Of a stretch of DNA of 64,000 nt, positions 10,975-19,814 are shown in pieces. The translations under genes were made by a program, and so were the position numbers. The stretch covers positions 5,996 to 69,995 of the forward strand of contig CABYOT010000006.1 in the NCBI GenBank assembly GCA_902520695.1. The letters run 5' to 3'. The stretch comes from an uncultured Pelagibacteraceae bacterium. GTDB lineage: Bacteria; Pseudomonadota; Alphaproteobacteria; Pelagibacterales; Pelagibacteraceae. Each line of letters starts with the position of its first letter. The stretch's first letter is position 1. The notes beneath the pieces are model-generated. The model made no database searches. It saw only the letters and a list, made by a program, of their open reading frames with translations, and was not told the origin of the DNA.

Positions 10975-11027
10975 AATACAATCCAGAAGTGTATATACAC
11001 ATGAATTAAAAAAGTAAATTATTTAAA

Positions 11028-11753
11028 TTATCTAGATAATTTAAAAACAATAATACCAATAATTTCTCTAAAAAATAAGTTAAAATTAGCTAAATTTCTA
11101 CTTATATTAAAATCTTGATAAATGTTTAAAAATGAACTTTGACGATTTGTTTTCTGGTCAGCAACATAAGGTATAAACTTTAAGCCAAAATCTTTTGCAA
11201 TAATTGTAGATCTCTTCATATGGTAAGCAGATGTAATTAAAATTGTTTTTGAATCAATAAGGTTTAATTTTTTAATTTCTTTGAAATTTTCTATTGTATT
11301 TCTTGAATGACCAACAAAATTCACTCTTGTCATATCAAAATTTAACTCATCATAAATTTTTTTAGCTTTATTTATTTCATCATTTAAATCATTCTTTATT
11401 AAATATGCACTTCCACCAACATAATAGATTTCTGTATTTTTATATTTATTTCCAAGTTTTATTGAAGCTAACAATCTGTAATCAGAACCTGATAATACTA
11501 CAATGTTATCAATATTTTGATAACTCTCTTTATTTAAAAAATCTTTTTCAAGATAATTTAATCCGAAGTTTCCAATAGGTAAAAAAGAAATAATTGATAG
11601 TAAAAAGAGATTGATAGTTAATAATTTAAAAATAATTCTTTTTTTATTTTTATAATAAATAATAAATAAAATTATAAGTCCTAAAAATAAAAAATTAGTT
11701 GGATTTAATAATGGTGCTAAAATTTTTGATAAGTAAAAGTACAAATTATTCAA
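11028..11753 (-). CDS. YdcF/DUF218 (ElyC-like) membrane-anchored protein
   Basis: N-terminal TM helices, SRNTIEN, LITSAYHMKRS, REIIG. Confidence 0.8.
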   Translation of the reverse strand: MNNLYFYLSKILAPLLNPTNFLFLGLIILFIIYYKNKKRIIFKLLTINLFLLSIISFLPIGNFGLNYLEKDFLNKESYQNIDNIVVLSGSDYRLLASIKLGNKYKNTEIYYVGGSAYLIKNDLNDEINKAKKIYDELNFDMTRVNFVGHSRNTIENFKEIKKLNLIDSKTILITSAYHMKRSTIIAKDFGLKFIPYVADQKTNRQSSFLNIYQDFNISRNLANFNLFFREIIGIIVFKLSR

Positions 11754-13566
11754 CTGTTACTGACTTTGCTAAATTTCTAGGTTTATCTATATCATAACCT
11801 TTTTCAAGTGCTGAATAAAAAGCGAGCTTTTGTAAAGGTATAGTGACTAGAAACGGAATTAATTCATCATTTAATTTATCAACTTCTATTTGTTTCCAAA
11901 TGTTTTCAGAAACAATTTCATCTTTATTTTTATTTGTTATTAGTAAAACCTTTGCCCCTCTTGCAATTACCTCCTGCATATTTGACAATGTTTTTTTATA
12001 ATGGTCATCTCTAGGCGCTATAACAACTACTGGCATACCTTCTTCTATCAAAGCTAATGGTCCATGCTTCATTTCACCCGCCGGGTAACCCTCAGCATGA
12101 ACATAGGCTAATTCTTTTAACTTCAAAGCACCCTCTAGAGCAATGGGAAAAGAATAACCTCTACCTAAAAACATACATCCTTTAGCATTTGCAAAAACTT
12201 TACCAATATTTACAAGTTTATGATCTAGTTTAAGCGTTTTTTTTGCTGAATTAGATAGTGATAGTAAATTTCTAATTTTAGATTGATATTCTTTCTTTGT
12301 AATAAATTTTTGATCAAAGGAAATTTTTATAGATAAAATATATAGCACTAACATTTGTCCAAGGAATGCTTTCGTAGATGCAACACCAATTTCTTGACCA
12401 CAATAAATAGGTAAAACTAAATCAGCATCTCTTGCAATTGAACTTTCAACAACATTTACAACTGCGCAAGTTTTCATTTTATTTTTTTTACATAATTCTA
12501 AGGCTGCATATGTATCTGCAGTTTCACCAGATTGTGAAACAAAAACATACAAGCAATCTTCTTTAAACCTAACCTTTCGATATCTAAATTCTGAAGCTAT
12601 ATCGATACTCACATCCAGATTTGTATTTTGTTCAAGCCAATACTTTGCTACTAAACAAGAATGATAGGCTGTGCCACAACCAATGAGTACAATCGATTTA
12701 AAAAAATTTATCTTCCATGGAAAATTATATATATTTATTTGATTATTAAATTTATCTACATATTCGTTAATACAATTATTGATAGTCAAAGGCTGTTCAT
12801 CTATCTCTTTTTCCATAAAATACTTATAGTCTCCTTTGTCATAACTAAGTTCTTCTTTAGATAGATTCATAACTTCTTTATTTATTTTTATTCCATCTCC
12901 CTCAAAAAATTCAATTTGATCTCTTTTGACAATGCAAAACTCACCATCATCTAAATAACTAATTTTGTTAGTCATAGATTTAAGAGCGTAAGAGTCTGAA
13001 CCAAGATAATTTTCATTTGGACCATATCCAACAGCCAACGGAGAGCCCCTTCTAGCTCCAATCATTAAATCATTTCTATCTTTAAAAATTATACCCAATG
13101 CAAAACTCCCATGAAGTTTTTTCAAAACTTTGATAATAGTATCTTTCAGTGAATTTTTTTTTAAGTAATCAGTAACTAGATGAGCTATTACCTCAGTATC
13201 AGTTTGTGATTTAAATATATAACCTTTTTTTTCTAAAAGTTTTTTTAAAATTGTTGAATTTTCAATAATTCCATTATGAACAATTGAAACCTGTTCTGAT
13301 GAATGAGGATGAGCATTAACTTTACTGGGCTTACCGTGTGTAGCCCATCTAACATGGCCTATGCCAATCACTCCTTTAAGATTAAATTTTGATATATCTT
13401 TTTCTAAAGCATCAACCCTACCCTCACACTTTACCTCGTTTATATTTCCATCAACTAGCGTGGCTATTCCAGCAGAATCATATCCTCTATATTCAAGTTT
13501 TTTAAGTGAATTAACTATTCTATTTGAAACTTCTTTAGAGCTTATTATTCCAATTATTCCACACAT
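11746..13566 (-). CDS. glmS: Glutamine--fructose-6-phosphate transaminase
   Basis: MCGIIG, LEYRGYDSAG, GHVRWATHG, SQSGETADT, GVASTKAF, DKPRNLAKSVTVE. Confidence 0.99.
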   Translation of the reverse strand: MCGIIGIISSKEVSNRIVNSLKKLEYRGYDSAGIATLVDGNINEVKCEGRVDALEKDISKFNLKGVIGIGHVRWATHGKPSKVNAHPHSSEQVSIVHNGIIENSTILKKLLEKKGYIFKSQTDTEVIAHLVTDYLKKNSLKDTIIKVLKKLHGSFALGIIFKDRNDLMIGARRGSPLAVGYGPNENYLGSDSYALKSMTNKISYLDDGEFCIVKRDQIEFFEGDGIKINKEVMNLSKEELSYDKGDYKYFMEKEIDEQPLTINNCINEYVDKFNNQINIYNFPWKINFFKSIVLIGCGTAYHSCLVAKYWLEQNTNLDVSIDIASEFRYRKVRFKEDCLYVFVSQSGETADTYAALELCKKNKMKTCAVVNVVESSIARDADLVLPIYCGQEIGVASTKAFLGQMLVLYILSIKISFDQKFITKKEYQSKIRNLLSLSNSAKKTLKLDHKLVNIGKVFANAKGCMFLGRGYSFPIALEGALKLKELAYVHAEGYPAGEMKHGPLALIEEGMPVVVIAPRDDHYKKTLSNMQEVIARGAKVLLITNKNKDEIVSENIWKQIEVDKLNDELIPFLVTIPLQKLAFYSALEKGYDIDKPRNLAKSVTVE

Positions 13567-14187
13567 TTATTTTTTTCTTTTATAATTTTTAATTTCAATT
13601 TGCTCTGCTCTTGTTAAAGCTAATGAATTTTTTAAAACTTTTTTAGTAATAACTGATCCTGCGCCAATTGTACTTTTTTTTTCAAGCTTAATTGGGGCAA
13701 CTAGCGATGAATTTGAACCAACAAATACCTCATCACCAATTGATGTTTTGCTTTTTTTAATACCATCATAATTACATGTAATTGTACCTGCACCAATATT
13801 TACTTTTTTACCTAACTTTGAATCACCTATATAAGAAAGGTGATTTAATTTAGAGTCTTTACCTATAATGCTTTTTTTCACCTCAACAAAATTTCCAACC
13901 TTAGATCCTGATTTAAGAATTGTACCTGGTCTTAGTCTTGCATATGGTCCAACTTCTACATTATTATCAATTTTCACTCCTTCTAAATGAGAGAAGGATA
14001 AAATTCTTACATTATTTCCTACTGACACGTTGTCAGCAATAACTACGTATGGTTCAATAGTTACATTTTTTCCTATTTTTGTGCTTTTAGAAAAAAAGAC
14101 TGTCTCTGGAGCAATCATTTTGACACCATTTTTTAAAAATTTGTTTCTCAATTTTGATTGAATATTAATTAATTTTTTTTGTTTCAT
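13567..14187 (-). CDS. glmU: GlmU C-terminal half only: glucosamine-1-phosphate N-acetyltransferase (left-handed beta-helix)
   Basis: VGPYARLRPG, GNFVEVK, HLSYIGD, NIGAGTITCNYDG, FVGSNS. Only 206 aa; no N-terminal uridylyltransferase domain. Confidence 0.9.
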   Translation of the reverse strand: MKQKKLINIQSKLRNKFLKNGVKMIAPETVFFSKSTKIGKNVTIEPYVVIADNVSVGNNVRILSFSHLEGVKIDNNVEVGPYARLRPGTILKSGSKVGNFVEVKKSIIGKDSKLNHLSYIGDSKLGKKVNIGAGTITCNYDGIKKSKTSIGDEVFVGSNSSLVAPIKLEKKSTIGAGSVITKKVLKNSLALTRAEQIEIKNYKRKK

Positions 14188-14255
14188 TTGATATTTTTAT
14201 ATATTTGGGTATTAGTTTATTTAATTCACAATATATTTCTTAATAATACTTTTAA

Positions 14256-14921
14256 ATGACACAAAAATTTACCATTCTTTTTGATTTAGATGGAACGTTA
14301 ATAGATACTGCGCCAGATTTAATAAGAGCACATAATCATGTCATGAAAAAATTTGGCTATCCAACAAAGAAATTAGGTGAATTAAAAAATGCCGTTGGTA
14401 AAGGTGCAAAAGCAATGATGGCAAAAGCCAATGGACAATGGAAATGGTTTGATGAAAAAATTCAAAACGAAATGACAAATGAATTTTTATCTTACTACGG
14501 AAAAAATATTTTACTTGAAAGCAAGTTAATAAATGGAGTAAAGGAATTTCTAAATTGGTGTAAAAAAGAAAATATTTCTATGGCTGTATGCACTAACAAA
14601 ACTGAGCATTTGGCAGTTGATCTTTTAAAAAAAATTGGAATTTATGAATATTTTGAATATGTAGCTGGATACAATACTTTTGAATATTGCAAACCTGATC
14701 CTAGACATTTAACTACCACTATTGAAATTTTAGATGGTGATAAAAACAAAACAATCATGATTGGAGATAGTGAAACAGATGCAAATGCAGCCAAAGCTGC
14801 AGAAATTCCAATAATTTTGCTAAAATACGGATATACTGAAAAAAAATCAGATGAAATATATCACAATCACTTAATTAAAGATTTTGTAGGTATTGAGAAA
14901 ATTATAACTAAATATCTTTAA
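14256..14921 (+). CDS. gph: HAD-family phosphatase, phosphoglycolate phosphatase-like
   Basis: FDLDGTLIDTAPDL, CTNK, KPDP, MIGDSETD. Confidence 0.85.
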   Translation: MTQKFTILFDLDGTLIDTAPDLIRAHNHVMKKFGYPTKKLGELKNAVGKGAKAMMAKANGQWKWFDEKIQNEMTNEFLSYYGKNILLESKLINGVKEFLNWCKKENISMAVCTNKTEHLAVDLLKKIGIYEYFEYVAGYNTFEYCKPDPRHLTTTIEILDGDKNKTIMIGDSETDANAAKAAEIPIILLKYGYTEKKSDEIYHNHLIKDFVGIEKIITKYL

Positions 14922-14974
14922 TATTGATTAATTTATTTTAACTATTAAAACAAAATCATAAGCTAGGAGTTATT

Positions 14975-16477
14975 TTGTTGTTAAACACTGTTAAAGTATA
15001 CCCGTCAAAAATTAACCTTCCAAAGAAGAAACAGCTTGCGTGGAAAATAGCAGAAATAGCAAGTGATAATGCTAAGTTAAATAAAAACTCAATAGAGATG
15101 GCTATCAATAGAATAATTGATAATGCATCAGTTGCTATTGCCTCATTAAACAGAAAACCAGTTATATCTGCGAGAGAAATGGCCAAAGGTCATATAAGAA
15201 AATCAGGCTCAACATTATTTGGTATTAATTCAAAAATGAAATTTGATGCTGAGTGGGCAGCGTGGGCAAATGGAACTGCTGTTAGAGAATTAGATTTTCA
15301 TGATACTTTTTTGGCAGCTGATTATAGCCATCCAGGTGATAACATTCCTCCTATACTAGCTGTTGGTGAAAAGCTTCAAAAAAGTGGAGAAGACCTTCTA
15401 AGAGGAATTATTACAGCTTATGAAGTTCAAGTTAATTTAGTTAAAGGAATTTGTCTCCATAAACATAAAATAGATCATATTGCGCATTTAGGACCAAGTG
15501 TTGCTGCTGGAATTGGTTCAATGCTAAGATTAAATACTGAAACTATTTATCAAGCAGTTCAACAAGCGCTCCATGTTACTATTTCAACACGTCAATCTAG
15601 AAAAGGAGAAATATCAAGCTGGAAGGCATACGCACCAGCTCACGCAGGTAAATTAGCAATAGAGGCTGTTGATAGAGCAATGAGAGGCGAAGGTGCTCCT
15701 AGTCCAATTTACGAGGGAGAAGACAGTGTTATTGCAAGAATACTAGATGGAAAGAATGCAAAATATAATGTTCCATTGCCAAGAAAGAATGAGCCTAAAA
15801 AAGCTATTCTAGAGACATATACAAAAGAATATTCAGCAGAATACCAGGCTCAAGCACTTATAGATATTGGTAAAAAATTAAATAAGAGAATTCAAGATTT
15901 AAGAAGTATAAAAAAAATTGATATTTACACGAGCCATCACACACATTTTGTAATTGGAACAGGAGCAAATGATCCACAAAAAATGGATCCAAATGCCTCA
16001 AGAGAAACATTAGATCACTCAATTATGTATATATTTGCTGTCGCTTTAGAGGATGCTGATTGGCATCATGTAAAATCTTATACAAAAGCAAGAACGAATA
16101 GAAAAAGTACAATTAAATTATGGAAATCCATAACAACTCATGAAGATAAAAAATGGACAAAAAAATATCATCATCCTAATCCAAAAAAGAAATCATTCGG
16201 TGCAAGAATTGTTGTAACTTTTAATAGTGGTAAAAAGATAACTGAAGAATTAGAGATAGCAGACGCACATCCTTACGGTGCAAGACCTTTTAAAAGAAAA
16301 GACTATATTAAAAAATTTACAACATTGACTAAAAATATTATTTCCAAAAAAGAAAGTGATAGATTTTTGAAATCTGTTCAAAATTTAAGGAAATTAAAAA
16401 AAGGTAGTCTTGTTAGATTAAATGTTGAGGTAAGTAAAAAATATTTAAAAAATAATAATAAAAAAGGTATATTTTAA
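14975..16477 (+). CDS. prpD: 2-methylcitrate dehydratase (MmgE/PrpD)
   Basis: [43 protein letters not shown]; AGGAG RBS before a TTG start. Confidence 0.92.
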   Translation: MLLNTVKVYPSKINLPKKKQLAWKIAEIASDNAKLNKNSIEMAINRIIDNASVAIASLNRKPVISAREMAKGHIRKSGSTLFGINSKMKFDAEWAAWANGTAVRELDFHDTFLAADYSHPGDNIPPILAVGEKLQKSGEDLLRGIITAYEVQVNLVKGICLHKHKIDHIAHLGPSVAAGIGSMLRLNTETIYQAVQQALHVTISTRQSRKGEISSWKAYAPAHAGKLAIEAVDRAMRGEGAPSPIYEGEDSVIARILDGKNAKYNVPLPRKNEPKKAILETYTKEYSAEYQAQALIDIGKKLNKRIQDLRSIKKIDIYTSHHTHFVIGTGANDPQKMDPNASRETLDHSIMYIFAVALEDADWHHVKSYTKARTNRKSTIKLWKSITTHEDKKWTKKYHHPNPKKKSFGARIVVTFNSGKKITEELEIADAHPYGARPFKRKDYIKKFTTLTKNIISKKESDRFLKSVQNLRKLKKGSLVRLNVEVSKKYLKNNNKKGIF

Positions 16478-17374
16478 ATGCATTTTGTTGAAAAGGATTT
16501 AACGCAAAAAAGAATAGATTTAGATACTAAGTTAAAATCTAATAAAATTCTTAGAGTTCCTGGAGCTTATAATCCTTTAACAGCTAAATTAATTGAAGAA
16601 ATTGGCTACGATGCAGTTTATGTATCAGGTGGTGTTATGGCAAATGATTTAGGGTTTCCTGATATTGGCTTAACTACTTTACAGGATGTTAGTACTAGAT
16701 CTTACTTAATATCACGTGTTACAAATCTTCCGACAATTGTTGACATTGATACTGGATTTAAATCATGTAAGGAAACTATTGAAACATTTGAAGAATTTGG
16801 CGTTGCAGCAGTTCATTTAGAAGATCAAATTGAACAAAAAAGATGTGGTCATTTAGATAACAAGGAACTGATAACTAAGGAAAAAATGGTCTCCAAAATA
16901 AAAGAATGTGTAAGCGCTAGAAAAGATAAAAATTTTAAAATTATAGCTAGATCAGATGCAAAAAGTGTTGAAGGAATAGACAGCATGATCGATAGATGTA
17001 AAGCATATGTTGATGCTGGTGCTGAGATTATATTTCCTGAAGCTTTAAAAGATGAAAAAGAGTTTGAATTAGTTAGAAAGTCTCTTGATTGTTACCTTTT
17101 AGCTAATATGACTGAATTCGGAAAATCAAAATTACTCAATTATAAACAACTTGAAGACTTAGGATATAACATAGTTATTTATCCTGTTTCCACTCAAAGA
17201 CTTGCGATGAAAAATGTTGAAGATGGTTTACGTGCCATTTTTGCTGATGGACATCAAAACAATATTATTGATAAAATGCAAACGCGGAAAAGGCTATATG
17301 ATTTAGTTGAATACGAAAAATATAATGCTTTAGACGAAAAGATTTATAATTTTAATACTGATGGGCACGAATAA
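16478..17374 (+). CDS. prpB: 2-methylisocitrate lyase
   Basis: DIDTGF, EDQ...KRCGH, ARSDA, FPEAL, LANMTEFGKS. Confidence 0.95.
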   Translation: MHFVEKDLTQKRIDLDTKLKSNKILRVPGAYNPLTAKLIEEIGYDAVYVSGGVMANDLGFPDIGLTTLQDVSTRSYLISRVTNLPTIVDIDTGFKSCKETIETFEEFGVAAVHLEDQIEQKRCGHLDNKELITKEKMVSKIKECVSARKDKNFKIIARSDAKSVEGIDSMIDRCKAYVDAGAEIIFPEALKDEKEFELVRKSLDCYLLANMTEFGKSKLLNYKQLEDLGYNIVIYPVSTQRLAMKNVEDGLRAIFADGHQNNIIDKMQTRKRLYDLVEYEKYNALDEKIYNFNTDGHE

Positions 17375-18498
17375 TGAGTGATGAAATAAAAAAAGGTTTA
17401 CTTGGTATAGTTGTTGATGAAACAGAAGTTTCTAAAGTAATGCCAGAAATTAATTCTCTGACATATCGAGGATATGCAGCCCAAGATTTATGTGCAAAAT
17501 GTAAATTTGAGGAGGTCGCTTATCTAATCCTTAATGGTGAACTTCCAACCAAAAAACAATTAAAAAAATTTGAAAATGAAGAAAAAAAAGAGAGAAAACT
17601 ATCTAAAACATTATTAGATGATATTAAAAAGTTTCCAAAAAAAGCTCACCCAATGGATGTTGCAAGAACGGCAGTAAGTATTATGGGACTTGAAGACAAA
17701 GAAACTAAGGATAATTCCCCAAAGGCCAATATGCGAAAAGTTATGAGAATTTTTGCAAAGATGCCAGTTGCCTTAGCAGCATTTTACAGAGCAAGGAATG
17801 GAAAGAAAATTATTCCGCCCAAAATAAATTTATCTTTCTCAGAAAACTTTTTTCATATGTGTTTTGGAAAAGTTCCAAATAGAGATATTGTAAAAGCATT
17901 TGATGTATCTCTAATTTTATATGCAGAACATAGTTTTAATGTATCCACTTTCACTGCAAGAACAATAACAAGTAGTTTATCTGACATTCACGGTGCAATT
18001 ACAGGCGCAATAGCAAGTTTAAAAGGCCCTCTTCATGGTGGTGCTAACGAAGAAGTTATGCATATGATGAATAAAATAAAAAAACCTGAGAATGCACTTA
18101 AATGGATAAATAAAGCTTTAGATAATAAAGATGTTGTTATGGGATTTGGACATAGAGTTTATAAAAGTGGAGATTCAAGAGTTCCTACAATGAGAGAGTA
18201 TTTTGGTAAAGTTGCTAAGATTAAAAAAGACAAAAAGTTTGAAAAGATTTATGACATTGTAGAAAAAGTAATGATTGATAGAAAAAATATTCATCCAAAC
18301 GTGGATTACCCTACTGGACCGACTTATCATTTAATGGGTTTTGATACAGATTTTTTTACACCAATTTTTGTAATTTCAAGAATTACTGGTTGGTCAGCAC
18401 ATATTATAGAACAACATGCTGCTAATAAGTTGATTAGACCATTAGCTAGTTACAAGGGCAGTAAGCACCGTAGAGTTCTACAATTAAATCAACGATAA
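17374..18498 (+). CDS. prpC: 2-methylcitrate synthase / citrate synthase
   Basis: LTYRGY, LYAEHSFN, LKGPLHGGANE, MGFGHRVY, NVDYP, SRITGWSAH. Confidence 0.93.
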   Translation: MSDEIKKGLLGIVVDETEVSKVMPEINSLTYRGYAAQDLCAKCKFEEVAYLILNGELPTKKQLKKFENEEKKERKLSKTLLDDIKKFPKKAHPMDVARTAVSIMGLEDKETKDNSPKANMRKVMRIFAKMPVALAAFYRARNGKKIIPPKINLSFSENFFHMCFGKVPNRDIVKAFDVSLILYAEHSFNVSTFTARTITSSLSDIHGAITGAIASLKGPLHGGANEEVMHMMNKIKKPENALKWINKALDNKDVVMGFGHRVYKSGDSRVPTMREYFGKVAKIKKDKKFEKIYDIVEKVMIDRKNIHPNVDYPTGPTYHLMGFDTDFFTPIFVISRITGWSAHIIEQHAANKLIRPLASYKGSKHRRVLQLNQR

Positions 18499-18681
18499 TT
18501 ACTCTATAGAATTTTCTTCTCTCATCAGGATTGGTCTGCCATCATGAGCTGTATTAAGTGGTATAATTTTTCCCTTATACTTTGCACATAAAGTAGGTGC
18601 ACTTCTTTTCTCATTGCCCAAGTTTACTTCCAAATCAACAATGATTAATTTAGCATCATCTAATTCTTTTAATATTTTCAT
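18499..18681 (-). CDS. Small hypothetical protein (60 aa)
   Basis: Isolated ORF filling the gap; strong AAAGGA RBS 8 nt before the ATG; protein-like composition. Confidence 0.7.
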   Translation of the reverse strand: MKILKELDDAKLIIVDLEVNLGNEKRSAPTLCAKYKGKIIPLNTAHDGRPILMREENSIE

Positions 18682-18803
18682 GTTATTATTCCTTTCTTTA
18701 ATTAGCTAAGGTGACATTTTCCTTGCTATAATTGATCGTCTTTTTGAATAAAAATCATCACTCATGCTTACTCAGCTACTTTCTAGCGCAAATGTGGTTT
18801 GTA
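18682..18803 (-). ncRNA. Candidate structured cis-regulatory RNA / leader
   Basis: 122-nt gap, about 32% GC by hand count. GCTA-GAAAG-TAGC hairpin; rod pairing TAGCTGAG/CTTAGCTA plus GTGAT.ATTTT/AAAAT.GTCAC; contains a 19-codon ORF. Not tested against covariance models. Confidence 0.35.
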
Positions 18804-19814
18804 TTAACTAAATGCTTCTGTCCAAGATCCTCTTGTAGATGCTTTAGAATATTCTGTAGCTCTACCTTCAAAGAAGTTCATATGTTCAACTGCATTTAAC
18901 ATAGTATCAAGCCAAGATAGTGGATTTTTTTGAACATCATAAATAGGTTCTAACCCTAACTGAGTTAATCTTCTATTTCCTATAAATCTTATATAATCCT
19001 TTACTTCTTTTGCGGTTAATCCTTCCATTGGGCCCATTTCAAATGCTAGATCGATAAATGCGTCCTCATGTTCAATAATAGTTCTGCAAGCTTCATAAAT
19101 TTCTTTTTTTAATTGAGGTGTCCAAATTTCAGGATTTTCTTTAATAAAATCTTTAAAAAGTCTGATCATTGAGTTGCAATGCAAAGTTTCATCTCTTACT
19201 GACCAAGTAACAATCTGTCCCATTCCTTTCATTTTATTATGTCTTGGGAAATTAAGTAAAATTGCGAAACTTGCAAAAAGTTGTAAGCCTTCAGTAAAAG
19301 CACTAAATACTGCAATTGTTTTGGCTATATCATGATTAGATTTCATGTCGAAGCCTTGCATGTAATCATATTTGTCTTTCATTTCTTTATATTTCATGAA
19401 AGCTGAATATTCTGATTCGGGCATCCCTATCGTATCTAATAAATGTGAATAAGCTGCTATATGAACAGTTTCCATAGAGGCAAAAGATGACATCATCATT
19501 AACACTTCTGTTGGTTTAAACACGTTCATGTAATGTCTTATATAACAATTACTTACTTCAACATCAGCTTGTGTAAAAAATCTAAAAATTTGAGTAAGTA
19601 AATTTTTTTCTGATTGAGATAAGTTTTTTTGCCAATCTCTTACATCGTCACCAAGAGGCACTTCCTCTGGCAACCAGTGAATTCTTTGTTGGGTTAGCCA
19701 AGCATCATAACACCATGGGTATCTGAAAGGTTTATAGACAGGATTTCCTACGAGCAATCCATTATTTTTTTTTGGTTGAATTATTTCTTTGTTAATTTTT
19801 TCTGCTACTGACAC
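18804..19814 (-). CDS. nrdB: Class Ia ribonucleotide reductase beta subunit
   Basis: FFTQADVEV, ETVHIAAY (radical Tyr), FTEGLQLF, DETLH, NFFE. GTG 19814 chosen because GAGGAG lies 8 nt upstream. Confidence 0.96.
   Translation of the reverse strand: MSVAEKINKEIIQPKKNNGLLVGNPVYKPFRYPWCYDAWLTQQRIHWLPEEVPLGDDVRDWQKNLSQSEKNLLTQIFRFFTQADVEVSNCYIRHYMNVFKPTEVLMMMSSFASMETVHIAAYSHLLDTIGMPESEYSAFMKYKEMKDKYDYMQGFDMKSNHDIAKTIAVFSAFTEGLQLFASFAILLNFPRHNKMKGMGQIVTWSVRDETLHCNSMIRLFKDFIKENPEIWTPQLKKEIYEACRTIIEHEDAFIDLAFEMGPMEGLTAKEVKDYIRFIGNRRLTQLGLEPIYDVQKNPLSWLDTMLNAVEHMNFFEGRATEYSKASTRGSWTEAFS

Noticed and set aside
13560-13570. glmS ribozyme or leader
   Set aside because: glmS starts immediately after the glmU stop, leaving no room for a leader.
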